A stretch of DNA of 20,000 nt from an uncultured virus (IMG/VR IMGVR_UViG_3300021256_000093) (lineage: Duplodnaviria; Heunggongvirae; Uroviricota; Caudoviricetes), in IMG/VR virus record IMGVR_UViG_3300021256_000093; one strand, 5' to 3'. The position numbers were made by a program, and so were the translations under genes. Position 1 is the first letter of the stretch, and every line of letters starts with the position of its first letter. This document shows positions 7,332 through 15,511 of the stretch, in pieces. The notes beneath the pieces are model-generated. The model saw only the letters and a program-made list of their open reading frames with translations. It was not told where the DNA came from and made no database searches.

Positions 7332-7718
7332 TTATATATTATCTAAATCAACATTTTCATAGCCTTCCCATGGATAAGGTTTTCTAAATATATGCTTACG
7401 AATTGGATAATATACTTTATATAACCAGAACATATATCCAAGAACATTATACTTAATCCAATTCCAATGAGACAATATATACCATTCTCTCCACATTATG
7501 CCTGATTTTGTAAATTCAATGTACTTTTCAGTTTCACGTTCACCAAGATGTATCATTGGCTTACTCCATTTGATATATCCATGATCCCAAAGATAAATCA
7601 TTTGGTCTACATTATAATCTTTGTACCAACGTGTTACATTACTTCTATTATATAAAGATGTTGTACAAAACTTAAATGCAGTTTCACCTTTTCTCAAAAA
7701 TGCTTCTTTACGAGTCAT
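7332..7718 (-). CDS. Hypothetical protein (Trp/Tyr-rich C-terminus)
   Basis: 128-aa ORF, co-oriented with its neighbours. Confidence 0.7.
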   Translation of the reverse strand: MTRKEAFLRKGETAFKFCTTSLYNRSNVTRWYKDYNVDQMIYLWDHGYIKWSKPMIHLGERETEKYIEFTKSGIMWREWYILSHWNWIKYNVLGYMFWLYKVYYPIRKHIFRKPYPWEGYENVDLDNI

Positions 7719-7728
7719 AATGTTGATA

Positions 7729-7908
7729 TTAAAAAATGATTTCTATAATATCTATTTCAGGAATAATTGCCAAACCTCCCCAGGTTCCATGAAGCAGACC
7801 CATGCTATCAATATATTTAATTACTCCTTCTTTTCCATTGTATCTATGACCAGATAGTTCATCGTCCATGCAGATAATACGGATTTTGTCTCCAACTTTT
7901 GCTTCCAT
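7729..7908 (-). CDS. DUF4314-like small SH3-type protein
   Basis: Not in the track. MEAKVGDKIRIICMDDELSGHRYNGKEGVIKYIDSMGLLHGTWGGLAIIPEIDIIEIIF* (59 aa); G.R/I..MD...G..G.V..ID..G..H..W..L..IP..D pattern. Confidence 0.7.
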   Translation of the reverse strand: MEAKVGDKIRIICMDDELSGHRYNGKEGVIKYIDSMGLLHGTWGGLAIIPEIDIIEIIF

Positions 7909-7933
7909 TGTTATTACTTTTTAAATTATTTAA

Positions 7934-8176
7934 TTACTCTTCTGTAAAATTAATACCAGTTTTATTTTCTAACCAGGATAATCCAAGAATTTCTTTAATT
8001 TCAGTTTCAGATTTTTCCTTCAAACAACTGTACGAAATTAGTCCAAAAATAGCAAAACAAGCAACAAGAATAAGCACACACAGCATATTAGACAATTCAA
8101 AATTAATAGTGAAAAACACTAAACCAAGCAGAACTGTGAGAACTGTAGAAATACGAGCAATAAATGTTTTAAGCAT
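7934..8176 (-). CDS. Small two-TM membrane protein
   Basis: Two hydrophobic segments and a charged tail; first gene downstream of the 8209-8237 promoter. Confidence 0.7.
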   Translation of the reverse strand: MLKTFIARISTVLTVLLGLVFFTINFELSNMLCVLILVACFAIFGLISYSCLKEKSETEIKEILGLSWLENKTGINFTEE

Positions 8177-8208
8177 AACTAAACTAATTTAATTAATAAT
8201 TACATTTT

Positions 8209-8237
8209 AATATAGTTTAAATTCCATAAAAATTCAA
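8209..8237 (-). promoter_or_regulatory. Putative sigma70-like promoter TTGAAT-N17-TATATT
   Basis: Minus strand TTGAAT TTTTATGGAATTTAAAC TATATT AAAAT; hexamers, spacing and flanks match 12547-12575. Confidence 0.65.
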
Positions 8238-8259
8238 ACAATATTTAAATTTTTTATAA

Positions 8260-9414
8260 TTATTTATTTACTGCTACCATTGTTCCTGGGCTGTTAATTA
8301 TTATATCTGGTTGACCAATAAATCCTGCTAATGTTCTACTTCCACAATATGACATAGCTGACTTAAGATAATCAATCATATTTTCTGTCCATTGCTGAAG
8401 TGTATGCTGAACTTTCATTACAGAATGTTTTCCTTCTGCAGTCTTCTTTTTACTATTTGGGTCTATAAGTGATTGTGCTTTCTTAGTTGACATCCCATAG
8501 CATTCTTTATATAATGTACGATTCTTAATATCCTTACGTTTCTTTTCTTCAGAAGTATATTGATAATCACAAACTTCATAATCTAAATGTCCAAACTCAT
8601 CATAAATTCCTAGCATTAATTGTGAAGCAGATTCATACATTGCAGCAAACAAACCACCAATCATAACGTAATCAGCTCCTAAAGCTAATGCCTTAATTAC
8701 ATCTGAATAATTACGAATACCACCATCTGCAACTAATTTTGGGAATGATTTACGAGCTGTCCAATTAGCAATCATATCTTTCTTAATTTTATAACATTCA
8801 TTAATTAATGATGCTACAGGATAGTGAATAGAAACATTACTACTTGTTGTGCATTGACTACCAGTTCCAATACTTAAACGAATATAATCTATACAAGTGT
8901 GATATTCTCCTTTATGCAGGTAATATGAATTCTCACAAATCCATCGATATGTTTCTGGATTAGCAATATTACCAGTCATAATAGTAAGTTTATAATTAGA
9001 TTTTTCAGCAATCTCTTTTGCTTTTTTACACATATCATATAAAGATTTCATATGTCCATTAGCAATATCTATACAAATATAATATGCATGTCCAATTTCT
9101 TCTTCTCTATCTTTATAATTATCTATGAATAAATTATTGAATTCTGTTAATGATAATGCTACCCAGACTTGATTATTCATTAAAGAAATACGTTTATTGA
9201 TATTAATATTACGTGGAACAATTGGCGTTATATAGTTATTTTCAAATTCACCAATATTTTCATCAGAAACAACTGTAGACATACAAGATGCAAAAATCGG
9301 TAATTTATTTGCACTAACAAATGGATTGCATTCTGAACGAGATTTAATATCTGAAATCTCTGTAGGTATAATAGTTAAATCATTATAAGAATAACCAATT
9401 TTGTTTATAATCAT
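8260..9414 (-). CDS. guaC: GMP reductase (IMPDH/GMPR family), no CBS domains
   Basis: CIDIANGH, GNIANPE, SIGTGSQCTT (catalytic Cys loop), ADGGIRNYSDVIKALALGADYVMIGGLFA, YGMS, AEGK, LKSAMSYCG. IDIANG, YGMS and AEGK favour GMPR over IMPDH. Confidence 0.8.
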   Translation of the reverse strand: MIINKIGYSYNDLTIIPTEISDIKSRSECNPFVSANKLPIFASCMSTVVSDENIGEFENNYITPIVPRNININKRISLMNNQVWVALSLTEFNNLFIDNYKDREEEIGHAYYICIDIANGHMKSLYDMCKKAKEIAEKSNYKLTIMTGNIANPETYRWICENSYYLHKGEYHTCIDYIRLSIGTGSQCTTSSNVSIHYPVASLINECYKIKKDMIANWTARKSFPKLVADGGIRNYSDVIKALALGADYVMIGGLFAAMYESASQLMLGIYDEFGHLDYEVCDYQYTSEEKKRKDIKNRTLYKECYGMSTKKAQSLIDPNSKKKTAEGKHSVMKVQHTLQQWTENMIDYLKSAMSYCGSRTLAGFIGQPDIIINSPGTMVAVNK

Positions 9415-9432
9415 ATTTTATAAATTTATATA

Positions 9433-9768
9433 TTAAACATTTTTTATTTCCAAATCATCATTAAAATATCCTCCAAGTAATAATTTTAGTAAATTATGTC
9501 CTTTGCGAATATCTTTTTTACCAATACTATCCATACCAGGATAACATGTCAAAAATTTACCATTATTTGCAATTATAATAGTATATCCAAAATCAATCAT
9601 ATCAAATGATAAATGAGCTAAATCATATGTCCAAATATCTTCTTTATTATCTTTTATAGCATTTATAGTATCAAAATATGAATAACAAAATACAGTATCA
9701 GGAAATTGTGATACTTTATAATCTTCTAAATTAAAAGAGTCTAAAACAAATGTTATATATTTTTCCAT
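9433..9768 (-). CDS. Hypothetical protein
   Basis: 111-aa ORF directly upstream of guaC. Confidence 0.7.
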   Translation of the reverse strand: MEKYITFVLDSFNLEDYKVSQFPDTVFCYSYFDTINAIKDNKEDIWTYDLAHLSFDMIDFGYTIIIANNGKFLTCYPGMDSIGKKDIRKGHNLLKLLLGGYFNDDLEIKNV

Positions 9769-9819
9769 ATTAATCTATTAAAAAAATTAATTCCTAAATA
9801 ATATAGTCAAAATTTATTA

Positions 9820-9840
9820 ATATTTTTAAATATATAAATA
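9820..9840 (+). promoter_or_regulatory. Putative late-type promoter TATTTTTAAATATATAAATA
   Basis: Variant of the 5832/12588 motif; TATAAATA at 9833-9840, 9 nt before the ATG. Confidence 0.4.
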
Positions 9841-9849
9841 CAGTATCTT

Positions 9850-10491
9850 ATGAAACGATATATTATTTTATTTGTATTAATATTTAGTAGTATATTTATA
9901 AATGCTCAAACTATACATTCTTATGATTATATAATAGATATGCATTATTATAAATCTTATTATAGTAAAACAATAAAAGGACCATCATTTGTAATATATA
10001 AATTATACAAGGGCGGTGGAGATGTAAATAGAGCATCATATACATTTAAAGGATATAAAAATTTACCTTATTTTACTTATAATAAATCTGGTTATGATAG
10101 AGGTCATCTTGTTCCTGCTGAAGATTTTGCAAATACTAATTTAAGACTTAAATCAACATTCTATTATATAAATTGTATACCACAAACTCCTAACTTAAAT
10201 CGTGGTCAATGGAAACGTTATGAAACACAAATTCGAAAACTTAGTCAGTCAGATTCTTTGCTTATTATATGTGGTGGGTGTGATTATCCTCGTAGTGGTA
10301 ATAAAAATACTAGACTCATTCCTAAGAATTGTTTCAAAGTTGTTTATGACCTTAAAACAAAAAAGTGTATATATAGTATCTTATTTACAAACTCTACTAC
10401 AGGATCATCAGTTAAAACCAATGATGAACTTAAGAAAGTATTTACATATAAGAAATCAATAAATCTATATAATAAAAAATCAACTTATTAA
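9850..10491 (+). CDS. Exported DNA/RNA non-specific endonuclease (His-Me finger, NucA/EndA-like)
   Basis: SGYDRGHLVPAED and FYYINCIPQTPNLNRGQWKRYETQIR motifs; signal peptide MKRYIILFVLIFSSIFINA followed by Q. Confidence 0.9.
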   Translation: MKRYIILFVLIFSSIFINAQTIHSYDYIIDMHYYKSYYSKTIKGPSFVIYKLYKGGGDVNRASYTFKGYKNLPYFTYNKSGYDRGHLVPAEDFANTNLRLKSTFYYINCIPQTPNLNRGQWKRYETQIRKLSQSDSLLIICGGCDYPRSGNKNTRLIPKNCFKVVYDLKTKKCIYSILFTNSTTGSSVKTNDELKKVFTYKKSINLYNKKSTY

Positions 10492-10542
10492 TGATATAAA
10501 AATATATAGTAATTATTTTTATTAAATTAAGTATATTAGATT

Positions 10543-11814
10543 ATGTTTTATTTTGATAATTTTAATGCTTCTGTTTATGGAGAATTACCAGCTAATGGTG
10601 GTACAAGAAATCAATATTTAAAAGTATCAGATTTAACTGGTAATGATATTGATTTACCATGGCCAATCAATACTAACTTTTATACATTAACTAATACAAC
10701 TAGTAATAGATATGTTAAATCAAGTGAATTAAATAGTTCATATTTTGGTTTAATAAGTTCTCAGAATACTAATACTATTCATAAAGCATTAGTTAATGCA
10801 AATACATATATACAAAATAGATTAAATAATAATATACATACATCATTTGCATATGAAATAAATAATTCAGAGGTATCAATATCAAGTATACAACCAGTTT
10901 CTCGTTTAGTAAATAAAACACGCTTAATTAATTGTATGAAAACATTAAATACTTCTGATGTTTCTATTACAATGCACGGAGGTAATGGTAATCTATATAG
11001 TTATAATTGGACTTTTTCATTTCTAGGTTTATCATATACTTCTTTTCCTGCAGTATCATATTTAAGTCAAATGGGAATATATGGAAGTATGTATATATTA
11101 TCAACTGCTACAGATGAAGTTAAATCTGATTTCCAAGCTATACAATCTAGATTAAGTGAAATAAATGCATTAGCAGGATATTCATATTCATATTCATACT
11201 CATATTCAAACGTATCATTGAATTTTAATATATCTACACAAAGTACATATTATGAATATTTAACGCATCGAACTCCACAAAATAAATTTGATACTTTAAT
11301 TACTAATAATCCTTCTGATAGTTTAAATCCTCCATCAGAACCAGACCAGCCGTATAGAGCAATTGGAGAATTTGTTAGCCATACTTGTTGGAATAATGGA
11401 AATAATAATTGGTCTTCTGGATATCGATTTGGCGCACCAAATAGTATGGGATATACACCAATTAGATATTCTACAGATTTAATAGATGACAATAAAAATA
11501 TATTTATTAAAATTAATAATGTATCTATAAATTATTCAACATTAACAAATATATTTTTTAATTTAGTTGGTAATGGAGGAGAAGAAATACCTAATTATGT
11601 GCAAAACGAAGTAATACTTCCATTATTAACTGAAACTGGAATGTATTTTAAATTAACAGCAAATGATTATCATGAACCATTATCTTCTCATCCAGATTGG
11701 GCACCAACATTAACAATTAATGGAACTCCAATGTCAACTAATCGTTCGTATATTTTATTTACTAGTATTCCATCAAGCAGAAATATAGTAATTACATTTA
11801 CGGCAGCCGACTAA
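10543..11814 (+). CDS. Hypothetical Asn/Ser/Thr-rich protein, possibly virion-associated
   Basis: 423-aa ORF with beta-rich, Lys-poor composition; preceded by ttatttttattaa (10513-10525). Function is inference only. Confidence 0.7.
   Translation: MFYFDNFNASVYGELPANGGTRNQYLKVSDLTGNDIDLPWPINTNFYTLTNTTSNRYVKSSELNSSYFGLISSQNTNTIHKALVNANTYIQNRLNNNIHTSFAYEINNSEVSISSIQPVSRLVNKTRLINCMKTLNTSDVSITMHGGNGNLYSYNWTFSFLGLSYTSFPAVSYLSQMGIYGSMYILSTATDEVKSDFQAIQSRLSEINALAGYSYSYSYSYSNVSLNFNISTQSTYYEYLTHRTPQNKFDTLITNNPSDSLNPPSEPDQPYRAIGEFVSHTCWNNGNNNWSSGYRFGAPNSMGYTPIRYSTDLIDDNKNIFIKINNVSINYSTLTNIFFNLVGNGGEEIPNYVQNEVILPLLTETGMYFKLTANDYHEPLSSHPDWAPTLTINGTPMSTNRSYILFTSIPSSRNIVITFTAAD
11179..11208 (+). repeat. Hexanucleotide tandem repeat (tattca)x5 encoding YSYSYSYSYS
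   Basis: tattca tattca tattca tactca tattca read directly from the sequence. Confidence 0.9.
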
Positions 11815-11830
11815 TATTAAATTTATAAAA

Positions 11831-12001
11831 TTAGAGTAAATCTTCTAAATAGTCTGGTTCAAGTCCTAGATAATCCATTATAATATCATCAGCATCATAT
11901 GGGGCACAAATTATTTCATCAATTGTCTCTTTAATTAACGCTCTAGCATCTTCTTCTGTCATTCCATCTCGTTCGATGAGTATATTAATAATCTTTTCCA
12001 T
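11831..12001 (-). CDS. 56-aa acidic phage protein with GLEPDY motif
   Basis: Not in the track. MEKIINILIERDGMTEEDARALIKETIDEIICAPYDADDIIMDYLGLEPDYLEDLL*; ATG is 2 nt after the upstream stop. Confidence 0.75.
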   Translation of the reverse strand: MEKIINILIERDGMTEEDARALIKETIDEIICAPYDADDIIMDYLGLEPDYLEDLL

Positions 12002-12003
12002 AA

Positions 12004-12213
12004 TTAATTATTTTTAGAGTTAAATAATAGTTTACCAATTATATTGATTAAAAGTAATATACCAAAGCTTTGATAAATATTTAGTATAGGGGCAGATACC
12101 CAAAACAATGGTACTAGCCAATTCCATAGTAGCATAAATATCCAGCTTTCAAAGGTAACTAATATCAAAATAATAATTAGGGTAAAAAAACAACCAAAAA
12201 AAGTCCATTTCAT
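12004..12213 (-). CDS. Small hydrophobic membrane protein
   Basis: 69 aa, almost entirely hydrophobic; MLLWNWLVPLF..IYQSFGILLLI pattern. Confidence 0.7.
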   Translation of the reverse strand: MKWTFFGCFFTLIIILILVTFESWIFMLLWNWLVPLFWVSAPILNIYQSFGILLLINIIGKLLFNSKNN

Positions 12214-12218
12214 AATAC

Positions 12219-12518
12219 TTAATAATTTAGAATATCTTTATATGAGATTAAATAACACATTCCACGAAATTCTTTTCCAATAGACAAATCTGCTTCTTTA
12301 TAAATGTAGCAAGGTTTGCAATGGTCAATAACATACCTTCTATTTAAGACTTTTGTTTCCTTCACATTTGTCTTTGGATTAATCCACTCAAAGAGAAAAT
12401 CCTTATCAAATGCAAGATAAAACTTAGGGTTCACACAAAAATTACCAGTCTTCTCATTAATTGGCTTAGGATTACTGATTGCATAATACTTACCATTGAA
12501 TGTGTTTCTTTTTTTCAT
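12219..12518 (-). CDS. Hypothetical protein
   Basis: 99-aa ORF, first gene after the 12547-12575 promoter. Confidence 0.7.
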   Translation of the reverse strand: MKKRNTFNGKYYAISNPKPINEKTGNFCVNPKFYLAFDKDFLFEWINPKTNVKETKVLNRRYVIDHCKPCYIYKEADLSIGKEFRGMCYLISYKDILNY

Positions 12519-12546
12519 AACTCTTATTTTTTATAACTGATATTTT

Positions 12547-12575
12547 AATATAGTATAAAAACTTTAAATATTCAA
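12547..12575 (-). promoter_or_regulatory. Putative sigma70-like promoter TTGAAT-N17-TATATT
   Basis: Minus strand TTGAAT ATTTAAAGTTTTTATAC TATATT AAAAT. Confidence 0.65.
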
Positions 12576-12587
12576 ATTATATTGAAA

Positions 12588-12608
12588 TTATTTTTAATTA
12601 TATAAATA
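12588..12608 (+). promoter_or_regulatory. Putative late-type promoter TTATTTTTAATTATATAAATA
   Basis: 17-mer identical to 5832-5848; TATAAATA at 12601-12608, 12 nt before the ATG. Confidence 0.45.
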
Positions 12609-12620
12609 ATTTTTTGTTAT

Positions 12621-14594
12621 ATGAAATATTTAAAGAAATCAGTTAATCAGTTTATAGAAGGAAAAAATACATTAAAGAAAGGACAACCGATATATCCTTT
12701 TATTAATTTTAAAAAAAATACACGATATGTAAAGTTAAATACATATTGTTCAAATAATATTAATATATATAATGAGGAAACAGACTTTGAAGATATACAA
12801 GATTTTATAAGAGAACATTTTGATACTATTTTACCTGATTCTTATGAAATTTCAAAAATATGGTTAGCTGACAGAGATTTAACTGCAAATGATATTGTAA
12901 TAGACTTTTATGGATATAAATCTATTTATATAATTATTGGAATTACAGATATAAATAATGCTGAGAAAATTAAATATTTAAATAAGAAAAAAAATAATGT
13001 TAATTATTTAAAAGAATCTCCATTTGGTACGATAATAACAATTCAAAATAATATAAGATATTATATATATAAATATGAAATTATCAATGAAAATAATCCA
13101 GGATTTATTCATATGAAACCTCCTTATAATTGTTTTGTTAAAAAAATATATATTATTAATCCAACAGATTCTGAATCATTAGTACAGTTAAAAAATAATA
13201 TAATGTATGATAAAAAAATTATTGAAGAAACAAATCCAGATGAATTTAATGATTTAATAAATTATTTTAAGTTAAGAAAATTTATATCTACAAATGATAT
13301 TACAAGACAACAAAGAAAAAGATTTAATTATGTTGAATATATTGATACAACTAATTTTGATGATACAGATTATATTCCTTATCAAATATATCAATTTAAT
13401 AAAATATTACATCCTAATATAATTTTTTTATGTAATGGGTGGCCAGGAATTAATATATGTACAGGAAATATTGAAGCTGACTATTATTTAACTATAGATC
13501 AAGAAGATACTAAAATGTCATTAGGCAATGGCCAATTACCAAAAAAATCAAAAATAGCCATATCTTATAATTCATTTTTTGGTGATAATAACAAAAAAAT
13601 ATATCCTATTTTTGATAAACAGTATTTAAATAATAATCATAATCAATTTGATTTTACAGATGCATCACAAATATTTGCAAAATATTATTTAAATAAATAT
13701 GATTATCCTATTAAATTAAATCATTCATCGGGCTTATTTGATATAACATCATTTAATTATATGGGTGTTATGAATACTATATATCCTATCGGTACTGAAT
13801 ATAAATTTATAACAAATGAATCAAGATATTTACATGGATCAGCAAATAATATAACACAATATTCTTTAGTCGGACCACACAAGTATAATAATATATCTGC
13901 AATTATTAAATCAAATAGTATAAATCAAAAGCCTATTCATAAATTTGGATTTATATGTTCAGCATTTTCTAATTTAACAATATATGGTATTTCAAATATA
14001 TTTCAAGGAGCATTTTTAGGATCTAAATTACTATGTCAAATAATATTTAAAAATTCTAATATTCAAAATGTAAAACGATTAGCATTTAGTAAATGTTATA
14101 GCTTGCGAAAAATTTATTTACCATCATCAACAAATATTAAATTTTATTCAGGTGTATTTTCTGATTGTAAAAATTTATCACAAATTATATTAAATTATTC
14201 TCCTAATTTTTCATTTAATTATAATGACGCATTTGATGGTAAGGATGCATCTGATTTTGACTTTAATCAAAATTGGCAAAATACGTTAGAATATATTACT
14301 GATATTTTAGATAATAATAATATTCAATATAATAATAATCAAGTATACCGTATTAATAGAATGATTCATTGTTTTTTCAATACAAGAAATTATCAAACAG
14401 CTAATTCTCCTAAAACATATGATAAAATTAATATTTATATTATAAATAAAAATGATGATTTATATTATCAAAGATTTATAGAAGATGTTAATTTATATAA
14501 TTTTGTAATGAATTATATTTACAATGATGGGTCATTAGGAAATAGTGGTTATGATAATAAACTATTTTATACAAGACAATTAAATATTATATAA
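12621..14594 (+). CDS. Large protein with BspA-type leucine-rich repeats (LRR_5) in its C-terminal third
   Basis: IFQGAFLGSKLLCQIIF / VKRLAFSKCYSLRKIYLP / FYSGVFSDCKNLSQIIL fit the I...AF..C..L..I.LP consensus. Confidence 0.7.
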   Translation: MKYLKKSVNQFIEGKNTLKKGQPIYPFINFKKNTRYVKLNTYCSNNINIYNEETDFEDIQDFIREHFDTILPDSYEISKIWLADRDLTANDIVIDFYGYKSIYIIIGITDINNAEKIKYLNKKKNNVNYLKESPFGTIITIQNNIRYYIYKYEIINENNPGFIHMKPPYNCFVKKIYIINPTDSESLVQLKNNIMYDKKIIEETNPDEFNDLINYFKLRKFISTNDITRQQRKRFNYVEYIDTTNFDDTDYIPYQIYQFNKILHPNIIFLCNGWPGINICTGNIEADYYLTIDQEDTKMSLGNGQLPKKSKIAISYNSFFGDNNKKIYPIFDKQYLNNNHNQFDFTDASQIFAKYYLNKYDYPIKLNHSSGLFDITSFNYMGVMNTIYPIGTEYKFITNESRYLHGSANNITQYSLVGPHKYNNISAIIKSNSINQKPIHKFGFICSAFSNLTIYGISNIFQGAFLGSKLLCQIIFKNSNIQNVKRLAFSKCYSLRKIYLPSSTNIKFYSGVFSDCKNLSQIILNYSPNFSFNYNDAFDGKDASDFDFNQNWQNTLEYITDILDNNNIQYNNNQVYRINRMIHCFFNTRNYQTANSPKTYDKINIYIINKNDDLYYQRFIEDVNLYNFVMNYIYNDGSLGNSGYDNKLFYTRQLNII

Positions 14595-14596
14595 AT

Positions 14597-14674
14597 AAAA
14601 AAAAGATAGCTATACCACATTCCTAATTTAACGTTCTTACGTTAACACAATTGGAAATTCGTATAGTTATCCTT
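14597..14674. terminator. Long interrupted stem-loop between convergent genes (terminator or structured RNA)
   Basis: Outer stem 14605-14615/14661-14671, middle stem 14620-14627/14650-14656, inner stem 14628-14634/14639-14645 with 4-nt loop; A-run at 14597-14604. Confidence 0.6.
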
Positions 14675-14704
14675 CATTTAATAATAATATTTTATCTAAT
14701 AAAA

Positions 14705-15313
14705 TTATATAAAATTCAAACTAAAATTTGAATATTTAAATTCTACTTTAAATGAACCTGATTGTGCAACAGGTTGAGTAAAATCAAAATCAAGCATATC
14801 CATACCATTAATAATTGGGTCCATTAATTGAATTTTACAATAAACTTCTCCAATTTCATTGAATATATCAATATAGAAATTATGTACAATATCTGAATAG
14901 TTTAGATCTCGAGAATATATGTACCAGAAATTTTCAAATATCATAAAATAGTTTAAATATCCTAATTGATGTTTAAACTCTATATTTAATGTTTTATCAA
15001 ATAAACCTATACCAGATGCAGGAGAACGATATACTTCTTCAGTTGCTGGATATGGAAATTCATTTTGTTCAATACGCTTTTGATTAATAGTAGGTGTTCC
15101 TGTACGCATTTGCTGTTGATTCATAAATGCTGCTGCATTAAAACCTAATACTTGTACCCGTTGAATAGACTCATTTAAAAAATCTATAGGAGAATAAAAA
15201 TATCCTTTTTTATCTTGTAATATTTTAGAATATTTTTCTTCTATATCTTTATATAAGAATTCTTTTGGAAGTAACAATCTAAACGCATCTTTTCTACCTT
15301 TTAATGTAAACAT
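14705..15313 (-). CDS. Putative tail-tube-fold structural protein (T4 gp19/gp3/gp54-like)
   Basis: About 200 aa. TLNIEF, FYIDIFNEIG and LDFDFTQ...SFKVEFKYSNF resemble the tube-fold C-terminal pattern; lies downstream of the tape-measure-like gene. Confidence 0.5.
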   Translation of the reverse strand: MFTLKGRKDAFRLLLPKEFLYKDIEEKYSKILQDKKGYFYSPIDFLNESIQRVQVLGFNAAAFMNQQQMRTGTPTINQKRIEQNEFPYPATEEVYRSPASGIGLFDKTLNIEFKHQLGYLNYFMIFENFWYIYSRDLNYSDIVHNFYIDIFNEIGEVYCKIQLMDPIINGMDMLDFDFTQPVAQSGSFKVEFKYSNFSLNFI

Positions 15314-15315
15314 AA

Positions 15316-15489
15316 TTATACAACAGTAGTTTCAACTACATCTATATTTTTAATATCAATCTTTTGGAGTTTTTTATTAATTTGCTTATAGATATATTTA
15401 TGAGGTAATATATCATTTTTAAACTCTTCTTTAGTTATTGGATGAAGGTTTATTTTTTCATTATTATAATATAAATTATAGCATTTCAT
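15316..15489 (-). CDS. 57-aa hypothetical protein
   Basis: Not in the track. MKCYNLYYNNEKINLHPITKEEFKNDILPHKYIYKQINKKLQKIDIKNIDVVETTVV*; stop is 2 nt before the next ATG. Confidence 0.65.
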   Translation of the reverse strand: MKCYNLYYNNEKINLHPITKEEFKNDILPHKYIYKQINKKLQKIDIKNIDVVETTVV

Positions 15490-15511
15490 AATTTTTGCTT
15501 CTTATATATTT

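Noticed and set aside
7621..8192. Plus-strand ORFs 7621..7857 and 7899..8192
   Set aside because: Antisense to better-supported minus-strand genes (7332..7718, 7729..7908, 7934..8176).
8260..9414. IMP dehydrogenase (guaB) call
   Set aside because: Lacks the YRGMGS and VPEG motifs and CBS domains; IDIANG, YGMS and AEGK fit GMP reductase better.
10202..10462. Alternate-frame 86-aa ORF with a hydrophobic stretch inside the nuclease gene
   Set aside because: Fully nested in a gene with clear motifs; hydrophobic off-frames are common in AT-rich DNA; no lipobox or lysis context to suggest a nested spanin.
11250..11492. Minus-strand 80-aa ORF
   Set aside because: Antisense shadow inside 10543..11814.
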